The translations under genes and the position numbers were made by a program. A stretch of 64,000 nt of DNA from contig JAKIMF020000007.1 of NCBI GenBank assembly GCA_022605425.2, forward strand, positions 1,364,001 to 1,428,000. The letters are read 5' to 3'. Below the pieces are notes generated by a model. The model did not search any database and was not told where the DNA came from. It saw only the letters and a list, made by a program, of their open reading frames with translations. This DNA comes from Hamiltosporidium tvaerminnensis FI-OER-3-3 (taxonomy: Eukaryota > Fungi > Microsporidia). How positions within the stretch are numbered: position 1 is the first letter of the stretch; each line of letters starts with the position of its first letter. Below, piece by piece: positions 11,705 through 23,859 of the stretch.

Positions 11705-12743
11705 CTTATTTAATAAAATTCTGGGTTAAAACATTTTTACCATTTTTATATGTTTTCTTCTACCTCTTTAAACACTATTGTCTCTTCCAAATCCGACTCT
11801 TCATTTATGTTATTGGTCGGTTCCTCTAAAGTGGTTCCTCCTTGTGAAATAAGGGGTGCTTTATTTTTTGGTTTAAAATTTTTTTTCACCATCTTCCTCT
11901 CTCTTATCTTCTTTTAAAGGGGGTGTTGGTTCCTCATGCCCCTCTGATCTCATAATAACACCCATTGACGCTCTCTCCCAGCTCTCTTCGGCATTTAGTC
12001 CTGACTCAAGTCCTCTTCGTCGATCAAAGGAAATTGTTTCGACTGTATTCTTAAGTACTATAGACTGAATGTATGCCTCTACATACATGGGTATTTCTAG
12101 TCTTTTAAGATGAGATTTATGGTATTTTGTCACAATACCGTCCCAGGTCATCACATAAGGGATTATCTCAACACTACACTTATAAATGAGACCCAAATCA
12201 TTGGCTAACAGGTCATACTTCCTAAGTTTTTCAGTTTCAACTATTTGAAGTGAATCTTGGGAAGTGATTCCTACTTCAATGAGTGTTATCTTATTCTTCT
12301 TCTTATCTAAAATAAATATGTCCGGTCTGTTATTCCGAATTTTAACATCAGTTTTTATTCTGGTGTCCACTCTTATCTCTGCGTACTCATTATCAAGAAT
12401 TTCTTGAACTGAGTGACTCCTTATTCGTTTGGAAGACTTAAACTTATATCTATTTAGAAGAAGTAGGTGTAGGCATCTAACCACTTCATTATGCCGTCTA
12501 GTGTAATCATGGCCTAGCATTTTTTCACATCTAGTTGCTAGATGATCTACAGTCTTACCAGACTTCCCACAATGTTGACACACACCATCTGCTCCCCAGA
12601 ATACATTTCTATCCTGGATATAGCAGAACACAGCTTCATTTCGTGACCTAATATTTCCTCTCTTTAGCCACCTTGAAGAGTCACTAACACTTACAAGCTC
12701 ATTTTTTCTTGCATTATATAGCTTTGAATGGAGTTTTCGTTTT
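11705..12743 (-). mobile_element. 5'-truncated non-LTR retrotransposon with restriction-like endonuclease (R2/R4/NeSL-type), 1039 bp
   Basis: CCHC finger CQHC-x7-H-x4-C, RHNEV motif, RPDIFI...LIEVGIT...EKLRKY PD-(D/E)XK endonuclease, short AT-rich 3' UTR and 13-bp TSD. No RT domain remains. Confidence 0.95.
11746..12743 (-). pseudogene. C-terminal zinc-knuckle and endonuclease part of the retroelement ORF (track ORF 11873-12781)
   Basis: The track start at 12781 lies in flanking DNA outside the TSD. An extra base in the T8 run (11879-11886) truncates the ORF; the shifted frame continues NFKPKNKAPLISQGG...KEVEENI* to the stop at 11746. Confidence 0.85.
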
Positions 12744-12756
12744 GATATTTTTGTAA
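12744..12756 (+). repeat. Right target-site duplication GATATTTTTGTAA
   Basis: Matches 11692-11704. Confidence 0.9.
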
Positions 12757-15075
12757 TATTTTTAAAAAATTTTAATACCAATTCGTAATAATATCCAAAT
12801 TTTTTAATGGGCTAAATTTACAACCGACTCAATTATTTTTATTCAAAAATATAAGATTACTAATTTATTTATTTTTAAATACTTTGATATGATATCAAAC
12901 GAAGAAACATTTATTTAAATAAACGCGAAAAATATTCAAAATGCTTTTTTAAAAAAATTAAAAGAAAAAAATTTGCAATGGTGATGAAAGCAAAGAAAAT
13001 TATAGAAAAGTCAGACTTGGTACTCTATATGTAAAAAAACTAAAAAAGTAGAAGCATAATTTAAGGTAAGAATACAAATGCACAGAAGCGCCGCTGTATA
13101 GGAAAAGAATGGCACATACAATAACGAATTCGAAGTAAGGCTATTATTTATTCTTCTGTTATATAATTTACGTACAAATTCACAGGCCAAAAGAATTTAT
13201 CGCACTCAAGAATCAAAAAAATTATATAACAATTACTAATGAGAAGAATGTAAAAATTTCAGAGTTTTAAAAACCAAAGATACAAGATTCGTCATGAATA
13301 CGCTTAGAGAACTTTCTATGAAAATAAAAAGATTTTTAACGGAACAATGTTGACACAGTAGAAGGATTCCTTTCAGGATAAATCCAAAGATTAGATTATT
13401 TCCAATATATTATAAAATATTCGTTAAAAAGGAAATATTACGTTGAATTTCTCATGTAGGAACGATGTTTGGCACCACCTCCAAAAAAATCAAAAACTAC
13501 GAAAATATCTGAGCACAAATTGTTTTCATACTATTGACTATGCATCATTTTAGCAGTTAAATCGCTTAGAAAAAATTATGAATAAAAGATTGTGAGTTTT
13601 TGATGTTAGAAATATCTGGTTCAGATATCAAACCGATATTTAGTTGCAATTAAGATTTTCGGCATAAAGTAAAATGTGAGTGTATCATGGGTTCTATCAA
13701 AATTTTTCAGTAAAAAAAAATATGTAGGGAAATCTCTGTGAATATTTTTTAGTTAAATTTAAAGGTTTAAGTTTTTTTCTATCCATAATCCAGACTTCAC
13801 CGGAAATAATCGTAGCATATTGGGATAAAAAATTGAAATTCCTTGTGTTCAGAAAACGAACAAGATATAGGACTACAGGCTTCAAGTGATAACAATATAT
13901 AAGATTACAGAAGATATGGTAGCAAGAAAATCGTCAATTTTTATGCTACATTCAGTAAGTTCACTTTTTTTTTGGTTCTATTTTAGATATTTCCATATGA
14001 ATCTATCCTATTCTAGCGAGAATGATTTATTTCAATGAATTTACCGAAGAGAGCTATAGTAAACCCATGATACAGCTAGTTATATCGAAATAGTCTTACA
14101 TTAAGACCTTCACAGATTGTATTTAAAAAATGCATAATTTTTGTAGTCTTAGAAGGCTCAAAAACTCTTACAATATTTTTGTGCTCAAGGTGTTACGATT
14201 TAGTAGAAGTTACAAATATGTATTCTAAACAGCCAAAAAAATAGAGAGTGTAAAATTATAATCTGAACATGTAAATTATACATTTAATATTTATGGAAAA
14301 AAATCGCCGTTCAGATATAATGTACTCAGAAAACATTAGCATCAGAATTATAGAAGAATATAGAAAATCTAAAGCTTAATACAATATTCATTATTAAACT
14401 TACTTGAATAGACTTTATGATCTAAAAATTTTGTAAGATTTAAAATAAAGAATTCGCCTTGGGAATTAATGCCAAAACCTGTCACGAAGACGCAGAAATG
14501 TAATGATAAATATTACATTTTGTTTTCTTTACGGATTTAAATTACCAATATTTTTAGATTCAATATCGAAAAGTTACATATGACAAAAATTTTTTAAAAG
14601 CGACTTTTTTTGAACGTGCGAATCGCAGAAAATATATTTTCTTTTAATTTAAGAAGTTTGGTTTTTTTTCTTATAACTTCTATTCTATTGATTTTTTTTA
14701 AAAATATTAGACCTAGATACTTAACTAGAGCTTCAGATCTGGTAATTTTTTAAAAAAGAAGATTAAGAAAGAAATGATGGAAAGATATCTCAAAGCTAAA
14801 AATCTTAAATGATAAAGGATCGTGGGAGAATAGGGTTAGGAAAAGAAAGTGTTATTTAAATATTTTTAAGTTCTGAAAAATTTCAGAATTTACACACAGT
14901 TAAACCCCTACTCCTGGTATAATTAATAACACCTGTTACTACAGTTTCATCTAGCCCTTATATTTCCACGAAGCCTCATATAGAATTCCTTGAGGTTCCA
15001 GATTGTCTTGTTTCATGGGTATCTTCTCAACCTGATCTGCTTTAAAATATTAACTGGTAAAAATTTTTTAAATAT

Positions 15076-15170
15076 GGCAGAACGTCCCTTGCGGGCTCCC
15101 TGCCCTAACGTACCTGCTAATTCGTATCTTGTGGCTTAATAAGGCCAATATTTACCCCACTAACTTGGGT
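15076..15170 (-). other. Structured LINE 3' UTR with a GCAA-tetraloop hairpin
   Basis: Minus strand reads GGCAGGGAG-CCC-GCAA-GGG-ACGTT-CTGCC (15076-15104) just before an A-rich tract, with smaller potential stems at 15133-15170. Confidence 0.6.
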
Positions 15171-15178
15171 GATCTATA

Positions 15179-17930
15179 TTATGCTGAATAAATTTTTTTT
15201 AAAATTTTAATTATATTTTCTCTTTTATAGTCTGGAGTAAGAATATCTAAAAAAGCTTTAAATCTTGTTGTTGGAATCCTTTTGAATTGTGCTGCCTTGG
15301 ATTCTCGAAAGAGTTAAAGATTTGGAATTTAAAGCGCAAATTTTCTCTTTGCCAGCTATTATATTTTGCTTTAAATTCATTTCCCTAAATCTTATTCTTG
15401 ATTTACTTGTAATTTTTCTTTAAATTGCTAAGATTTTTGGATTTATTCGGCTTGAATATCCATCTTAAAAGTGTTTTTCTTGTGTGTATGATCTTATAAG
15501 CAACATTGCTCCTAAGTCTATCTGCTCTTTGCTTTGTATTTTCCAAGGGAAATAATGCGTATAAGATCTTCGTTGGCGTTTTGAAATAAATTTTATATAG
15601 ATATTTTATTATGCCTTTTTCTATCCTATCGGTGCCTTCATTAAACGTTTCATTACAACCGAGCAGCTGGGCATAATAATCTATATGAGGGCGTATAAAT
15701 CTAGTATACATTCTTAATTTTGATTGATAATATTGCAGGTTATAATTACTATATTGTGTCTTTTTTAGTAACTTATTTGTAATCACTGCCGCTCTAACGG
15801 ATTTTTGCCTTATGACTATAAGGATTTTCATGGTACTTGCACATTTATTGTTAAAAAAATATCCTTAATATTTCAGCGGGACTTGTTTTTCCAACCTGGT
15901 ACCATCTACATAGAAATCGTGATCTGTTGAAGCATTGTAAAAACATTTCCTTGTGTTTAATTCATATCTTTTGACATTCGCGTGCGATTGACATTGATCT
16001 ATCTGTATTGCATTGTGCTATGCCGTGAGCTAAATAATGAAATGTCGTCTGCGGAAATAGTTATGTATGATACCAGATGCTCTGGCATTCTCTTTACGAT
16101 ATCATCAATAAACACGTTAAATAAAATTTGAGATAAAATGCTTCCCTAGGTAATCCAAGAGCAGCAGTTTTCAATTATTATTTTCTATTAATGTGTTGAT
16201 CTTTTACTCTTTTTTCTCGATCAGTGCAGCTATTAGAATTGTATCTTCTCTTGAAAACTTCTGCTTTATCATTAGTTTCTCGTACAACCTCTTACGATAT
16301 ACACTGTCATATGCTTTGGAATTATCCAAAGTAACACAGATTCCTTCTCCTTTTGCCATGTCTTAATCTAGTGTAATTGTTAAGGGGTGGTTAATGGTCG
16401 AATGCTTCAGTCTAAAACCAGCTTGTTGTCTTGTCAGCTTACCTCAAATTTGCGAAAAATTAGTTTTTCAAATAGTTTACGTGTTTTATCTATCAATGAA
16501 ATAGATCTAAACTCGCTATCACCTTTGGGTATTGGTTGTATCATGTGTTTCTTCCGAAGCAAAGGAATCTCTTTGTCCCTAAAAATATTGTTAAACATGT
16601 AGGTAAGCTCTACTATAAAGTTGCGCGGACAAATCTTAAGGAATTCATTCTTAATACCGCAAATCCCACCCGCTTTGCCACCTTTTAATATTTTCATACA
16701 TTTCTCTACCTCATCAACAGATAGCTGGTGTATCTTTTTTTTTCTCTGTATGGTGTGTTTGCTAAATAAACTATTGTGGTAACTTTTATCCAATTTACTG
16801 TTTCCTCTAAGCTTGTTATCTTCCCATCTAAAACAAAGCTATTAAGTAATTCTTTACTATTATTTTGTCTATTGTTTGGGATTGCGTTACCATGGAAATT
16901 CATAATGGCTTCTAATTGTGATGTTTTTAAACCAATGTGTTCTACTTTTAGGTCACGAGTTTTAGTATCCGGTAGGTTTTTCGTTAAATTCTTTACTTCT
17001 TTATATAACCTTTCATACAAGATTGGATTATTGTGCCTTGCTTTTTCACGTGCTCTACTAATGTGCTGAATGACTGGATTGAAGTTCGTACGACTTTGTT
17101 TGCGTATTCTGAGTCTATATACACCAGAAAGTATGATATTATGTAAAGCTGCGCAATAGTCATTGATATTTAGAGTTCTTATAATATTCGCATTCTTCTT
17201 AATTAAAATCTCTATTTTATTTGTAATATTTTCTACTACTTTTAGTCTAGTCAAGAGTCTTATATTATACTTAGTTTTCTTTTTTTTGTATTTCTATCGG
17301 TTTTAATATAAATAGCTTGTGATTTAATCCCACAATCGTAGAAATCTTAATATCTACTATCGTGTTTGTAAATATCTTATCAGGTTTTGATTCTTTATTA
17401 TTGTCTTTGTATGTATTTGTTAGAATGTCGATCTCTGACAATCCATACATTGCGTGGTTATCTAAAATTTGCTGTAAAAGTGTCTTGTGTTGTTATAAGT
17501 TATAGTCTCATAAAATGTATAATCTTTTATACAGGTATTGGTTTAATGTAGGTTTTACGATGTTAAATTCTGTACTTTTTGGGGGTCTATATATAAAAAT
17601 AAAAATTTGCTCATTCACTTTAATTGAAACCCCTTCATCTATTATATTGTCAATTGCCTCACTAACAATCCTATTCCTACCTAATACTATTATACCTTCT
17701 TTGTTTGAGTATCTGTCTCTTACTTGGACAGATTTCTTACTGTTTAAAACTTTATATCCTCTTAAGAGTGGCGTTATATTATCTCTCCGTGTTTCAGCCA
17801 CTCTGAGGATGTCCAACTCATGTCTTTGAATCAAATTATTTATGTTAAAAATTTTATTACCAGATAATCCCCCAATATTGATATACCCTACTTTAAAAAT
17901 ACTAGGGTTTATTGTTAAAGCCCGAGGAGT
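15179..17930 (-). pseudogene. LINE ORF2 (APE + RT), frameshifted and with stops
   Basis: APE: FKVGYINIGG, LDILRVAET, IYRPP, KPDKIF. RT: KAGGICGIKNEFLK, PIPKGDSEFRSISL, QQAGFR, LDNSKAYDSV, GLP*GSILSQILFNVFIDD, ISADDI. Includes track ORFs 17508-17834, 16706-17254, 16434-16793 and 15403-15831. Ends ...KKIYSA* at 15179. Confidence 0.9.
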
Positions 17931-19461
17931 AATCTATCTCAATATCATTGGTTTCAATATTGAGACTTTTTATCATCTCGTGTAGTTCGATTCCTTTACT
18001 CTTGAGTATACGAACTGCTAGCATTCTTAGTTTGTCGTTCTTGTTGCCCTGTCTTTCTTTAATCTTCTTCATTTAGGTAAATAACTTCTTATTTCCAAAA
18101 GACCATTACTATCCACTTCAGGCGAGTTAATAAAGTGTTTGGCTCTAAGCATTCTAAACACTCTAATCACCTCAATTTGCACAGACTCTTTGCATATCAC
18201 TTCTAACACAGTATTAGAGATAAACTTAATGTTTACAACCAACTTACTAGCAGCCGGTTGAATGTTCTTCAAAGCGAGCGGATATAGTGATATTTTTTTA
18301 GAAGTTATATTGCCAAAGTATAGTAAAACGTGTCTAGCATTTGTAAAAGGTGATTTCTCTTGTGTTATAAGCGCTAGTTGCACCAGCAGTTAGTTTAATT
18401 GGGCTACACTTCTGCTTCATTTATTCTTTCTTCTTTAGAATATTGTATCTTACTGAGATGGCTACCTCCGATTTGTCACTTATGGTCTCCTTGATATCTG
18501 CTTGGAATTTCTTTTCTGTACTTGATCTTCTCCTTTTTCACTATTTGTTGTTTCCAAACTTCGTTTCCTATAGGGTTTCTCAATTTTTTGAATGTGATTC
18601 AAGCTTCAAGGTTTATCCTCAAGCCTTACAGAGATACTTTTCTGTTGCTTAGCCACGTCCGTACCACCTCCGAGCGTGTTCTGTTTCGGGACTGTACGTA
18701 TATGAACTCTGACTCTGAGTCTTGAAAGTATCTTACCTGTGGTTTTATTTCTGCTGCTAGTGAGCGTATTGTTGATGTGTGTAATCTGTGTTGTCTCATA
18801 GAGTGTTGTGGTATCAGAATTCGTGTTCTTTTATCAGTAGCATCAGTCATCTCATTTACCACGTTTGCATTATGATATTTTGTTAATGATGTATCTTATG
18901 TTTCTATCCAATCGACATCCTTACCTTTTTTCAAATGTGCCTTTTCCATAACAGAGGGTAAAACATTTTTCCCTGCTCTTGATTTTTGAAAAATATTATC
19001 TTGGGTGTTATTTGTATGATCAGAAAGAAAAGAAGAGGAGTCAGCTTTAGGATGATGATGGTATTTCTTTTTTGACATGTTGTTAAGTTTTTGCTGTTTA
19101 ACGAGACTGTCTGTTCATGCGGCGTATCACCCAAGTCTCTACCCCGTACCCTTGGTTTAACAGCTTGAACGGTCCGCAATACTTCTGCTGTATTCAATTC
19201 ATTATTTTGTTCAGTTTGTTTCTTACTAGTACAACGAGTCTTGTCTGTACATTCCGCACATAGATCTGAAGTTCTTGTAGATGTCTTATCTAGGTGCAAA
19301 TTGGAGTTTCTACCTATGTTCCCACAGCCATTGCAAAGTAGTTGAACATGTTCGTTTACTGTATTTGTTCTGTCTCTTAGTGTTTTTCTCTGTGCAACTT
19401 TATTATAAGTCGGATATTTCGTGTTTTTATCAGAATGAGCTAAGGAATATTTTGTAGCCAT
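17900..19461 (-). pseudogene. LINE ORF1, fragmented
   Basis: Consecutive minus-strand fragments 18931-19461, 18896-19078, 18626-18862 and 18069-18383 directly upstream of APE. N-terminal CNGC...CAEC pair. Confidence 0.7.
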
Positions 19462-22400
19462 GGCAAGACAAGAAAATTTTATTTAAATATTTTAAAAATT
19501 CTGGAAATTTCTATACTACCATAATTAAACCCCATCAAACAATTAGAAAACCTTAGAATATTAAGCAGATATTTTTGCACTATTGTTACTAACACACGCC
19601 TATAACACTGTATAGAGCTTAACACCTTTTGAATAACAACAAAAGAATTAATACCCTTAACTACAAGCAGCACTATAACACAGATAGTGCTTGTCTTGTA
19701 TATGACACACTCCTTCACTGTATTACTACAGTTAGCAGGACGAACTTTTTGATCCGTATAGAAATTGGCGCACTATTTGCATAAATCTTATTAGATTATA
19801 TATGAGTTTTTAAAGATAGCTTATGAACAGAATTTCAAACTTAATATTTTTCAGTAAGAACTGTGGGATAAGTAAAATAAAGTTCAAATTGTTCATAAAA
19901 CATTTATACAATTTGCTTAACTGACTGCCATAACGTGTTTAGCTGCAATGTATTAATTCATTTCGTGTATATGCTCAAAGTAAAAGTTTTCATCTTAAAT
20001 TACAATTTTTTTTTCGCAATCAGGCTCATTGAATAAGATTTACATTAACACAGATTGTTGCTGATAGGATTATATATTAGACTTTTAAAATCAAATATAA
20101 TCACTTGTTTGAGCAAATCCGAATTTTTCACGAGATTAACAAATTATTTATACTAGTCTATGAATATTCTCTGGAATTTTGCAAATAATCCTATATTAGA
20201 ATTTTCCGAAATCATATCACCTAACAACCTAAAGTTTGAAATAAATTATTCAGCGAATATCATAAAAATAGTAAATAAGGGGTATTTGATATAAGGCTTA
20301 TAGGAAAATATAGTGAAACAAAGTTATCAAAGAGTATACAAAATACTACCCAATGACAGAAGAGCAATAAGACATAGAAATATGAAATGTTTTGATATAG
20401 AAGATGCTCGAGATTAATAACGTACGCTAATTTATAGTTTTTAATATAATAAATATAAATTGGTAAAATCAAAGAATCAAAAGAATAGCCCCTGTCATCC
20501 TGATAATATAGATAAATATCTTACCCTTTTGAAATCATTGTATCTGGCATATGCTCTAATATAAGAATAGACCATAAAGACCATTTTTAGCTTATAAAAC
20601 AAACCTTCTCTATAAAAATACTGGGAAAACTAAAACTACTCTGATCATTTTTTAATAAAATAACCAAATTTTTCTATATGTCTGTATAAATTTAGGTTTT
20701 ATATGAAAAGTTAGATTATATAAATTTTAAAAACAGGTCTAAGTACTGATTTTTAGTAAAAAGTATTTCTAAACCCCTGTTGAAAATATCTATTTTATTT
20801 TACAGTTAAACAGTATATACTTGCTTTTATCTGGAAAATATATATATTCTAATTACAAAAAAACCCTTGTATGATATTGAGTATAGTAAATAGAAATACG
20901 TCAACCAAGTACATAAGAAGAACTTCTAATATTCCCAGTGTTGAATAGAAAGAAAACTTAATTTTATTGTATAATTAGAAACGAAACCGAAAAGTATTAA
21001 CGATATTTCTTTCAAACCTATAACTTCTAAAATTACTACGTTCTTAAAAAAGACATAAGCCTAATTTTATAAAAAAGTGTTTTTAAATTACTAGTAGGCC
21101 CGATCGTCTGAAAAAAAGTATGAAAAGTGTACAAACCACATAAAATTTCTTTAGATCAGTCTTTCGTTTTCTTTAAAATGCAAATCTACATAAAGTTTAT
21201 AGTATTTTCTTAAATTAGAAAATACATACAAATTAAGTCAATATATAAATTAATTTGTTTCTTTTTCGTTTTTTTAAAAAAAATATTAGTCGCAAAAACA
21301 ATTTCTTTAAATTTTTTTCTGCAATATTCTAACGATTAGAATTATCGATGTTTTTTGCTATCTGTCTACACAAAATGCATAATATATTTTTAACCTCTGG
21401 ACCTACATATTTATCAAATATAAGTGGCAAAGAAGGAAGAAATTTTACTTACTCAATCTAATGTTTTTAACAAGCTATTCTTAAATAAAAGTTTCAAACC
21501 TAGATCCAAGACCGGTTAAACTTATAATTTACCAGGTTTTCTTAAGATTTTCTTTTTTCAAGTAAACTATAGGAGCATATAAAATAATCAACTTTTAATA
21601 TATTTCAAAAAAAAATTTTTTAGCCTATGATAAAACGAATTCTACAAAACACTTAAATCTTTTCAGAAATCATAGAACTGACTGTTTTGATATATTCTCT
21701 AACTGAATAATAGACATAAAAAGTAATATTATATAAAACGAAAAATTTACTTCCTAATTGTGATTAAATAGCTAAAAACATGCACCTCCGAAGTTTAGAA
21801 TTAATCAACCATAATTTTAAGATAAACCCCCTAATCATAAACGTACTTTCAAATTTTTTATTTTTGTAAATTACTAAAAAATAAAAAAAAAATAACTTGA
21901 TGCATATTTCCTAAAAAACTATTAACATGAGTGTTGCTCAAAATTCGGTATTTTCATAACGAAAAAAAACAATTTGTCTTCATTTTAAATGTACTTTTTT
22001 ACGACTAAAAACTCTTCTGAAAATTTTCAATTTCTTAATTTGAATATAATTTGCGAAGGTAACACATAAATTCAGAATGAAATATGCTAAGGTGCTATAT
22101 CACTTTAGTAATTTGTTTGAAAAGTTAAATTTGTACGTTTAATAGATTCTTTCAAACAAATTTGAACTTAATATTTTCGGCTTGGCAATATTTTTTTTAA
22201 TTTAGAAAGTAATTATTATTCAAAGAAAGTCGTATATTTATCAAAAATCTTAATTTTCTCACAAAAAAAGCTAGAATTTTGCACATAGTAGGTAGAAGTA
22301 GAAGGAATAAGACAATTTATAGATATTATTAAGCCCTGGTATATATATTTATCATAAATGGATACATGAAAATAGTAGACAATTTTAAATATGTAAAAAA

Positions 22401-22808
22401 ATTATAAAGGTTAAAATTTTAATAAATATAAATATACAATTACATTTAAATTTATACAGTACTAACTAAACCAAACTAGCAGGAAGGTAAAAAATATATA
22501 ACTGACTAAAAAATTTGCAATGAATTGTAAAAAGTTATAGAATACTAAAACGGAACAAAATATTTTGAATTTGCCCAAAGAATTCCAGGGAATCTAACCC
22601 TAACTTTATACGGTTTTTGAAAACGCAATTTTTCAAAAAAAGTATGTAGAAAAATTCACTTTTTAGTAAAATGTAGACAAAATTAAAACAATATAAACAA
22701 TTGGAACTTTTATAGTAACAAATTTTCAAAAAAGTCACTATCAAATTTAAATTGTTTTTAATATTTAAATATTTACAGATAGAATAAAGGTATTTTTATT
22801 CTCAAATA

Positions 22809-22958
22809 TGTAATTGATCCAAACCCCTTCAGGGGTGGGTGATCACTCTAAGAGATAATCCGAATTAAATCAAATTTCAAGAACTGAACTAAAAGCTTAA
22901 AGAAAAAGACAAGTGATGCCCGTTTTTATTCTGACTAACACACTAACTTTTTATTACA
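22809..22958 (-). mobile_element. Solo-LTR-like 150-bp element (TGTAAT...ATTACA)
   Basis: TG...CA termini with a 6-bp inverted repeat, AATAAA on the minus strand (22925-22930), and an internal ACCCC-TTCA-GGGGT hairpin. No clear TSD. Confidence 0.6.
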
Positions 22959-23859
22959 CGTTTTTTTACCCAACCTACTTACTTCCCTCTATCTCCCTTT
23001 TTGAAAAATGCACCTTGAAAATGTATCTCTACATACCATAATACTATCCCAATTCATCACATTCTTCTCCCTGTATTATTTCAGACCAACTATTTTATAA
23101 ACATTACCTAGACTTCAGAATCTCTTTATCATGATTCATCTTTAAAGAAAGATTACGAAACATACTAAAAATAATTAACTAAACCAATTAAGTTAGTGTT
23201 TAAATTTTTTTTTTTGGTTTTGGCTAGCATGGAATAGCAAGTTTAATTTCCTCCGTGACAATCCAATTCAAATTTACATATTAAATTTTTCTTAGTAAAA
23301 CAATTCTTTTTATTTTTTCTTTATTTTTTTCTTATTTTATATATTACTTTTCTTCCCAATTTAGAAGAGATTCTTACAAAACATTTTTTTGTTTATTTTA
23401 TCTACTATAAGTAAATTCACCTTTTTTTTAGAACGCTTTTGAGGTTTACATTCCCTAACTTCACAAAAGGTAAATTATTACAAAAAGAAATTTAAATATT
23501 TATTAGATTAATATGATTCTAAGAAGCCTTTTCAAATCTAAATTTGTGTATTTTCATAGTATAGAATCTAAGAAAAAATATATTTTTGAAGAAGTAAATT
23601 TACAATCAATATAAATTTTGATTTATAAAAACTTTAAGTGGAAAAATATTGGTTAGCAAAGATTAAAATACCGTTATTACTTGGATAAAAATTACAGGAA
23701 ACTACTTTTTATAAAAAAACAAACATGGTTTCATACCGTAGGATAGGGAAAAATTGAAACCCAACTTTTAGATAAGAGAATTATCTTTTTTAAATAATTT
23801 CTATTTTTTTACCCCAATTTTTTTTCAATAAGAATAAAAAAGTTTGGGAGAAGAAAATA

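Larger units (their letters stand above)
10900..14700 (+). pseudogene. Decayed lineage-specific (LRR-like) gene remnants, interrupted by the retroelement at 11705-12743
   Basis: Leu/Ile/Phe-rich fragments with LRR-like spacing (e.g. DLHRLYLKNA near 14105) and many stops. Boundaries approximate. Confidence 0.25.
15065..19770 (-). mobile_element. Near full-length, decayed two-ORF LINE (APE endonuclease and reverse transcriptase)
   Basis: ORF1 remnants at 17900-19461 and ORF2 remnants at 15179-17930 with APE and RT motifs. GC is higher than in the flanks. Ends are approximate and no TSD was found. Confidence 0.9.

Noticed and set aside
12757-12781. Track start MVLKFFKNITKIS of ORF 11873-12781
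   Set aside because: It lies in or beyond the TSD, so it is chance read-in from flanking DNA.
14831-14840. TAGGGTTAGG telomere-like word
   Set aside because: Fewer than two full units, so not a telomeric tract.
15070-15130. HDV-like ribozyme on the + strand (…GCTAATTCGTAT)
   Set aside because: No consistent P1, P1.1 or P3 pairing could be built. The segment is better explained as the minus-strand 3' UTR hairpin.
16387-18725. Plus-strand ORFs 16387-16602, 16776-17069, 17515-17829, 18443-18652 and 18522-18725
   Set aside because: Antisense shadows of the LINE ORFs.
19620-19800. Self-cleaving ribozyme at the LINE 5' end
   Set aside because: No hammerhead CUGAUGA/GAAA core and no HDV-type pairing found by eye.
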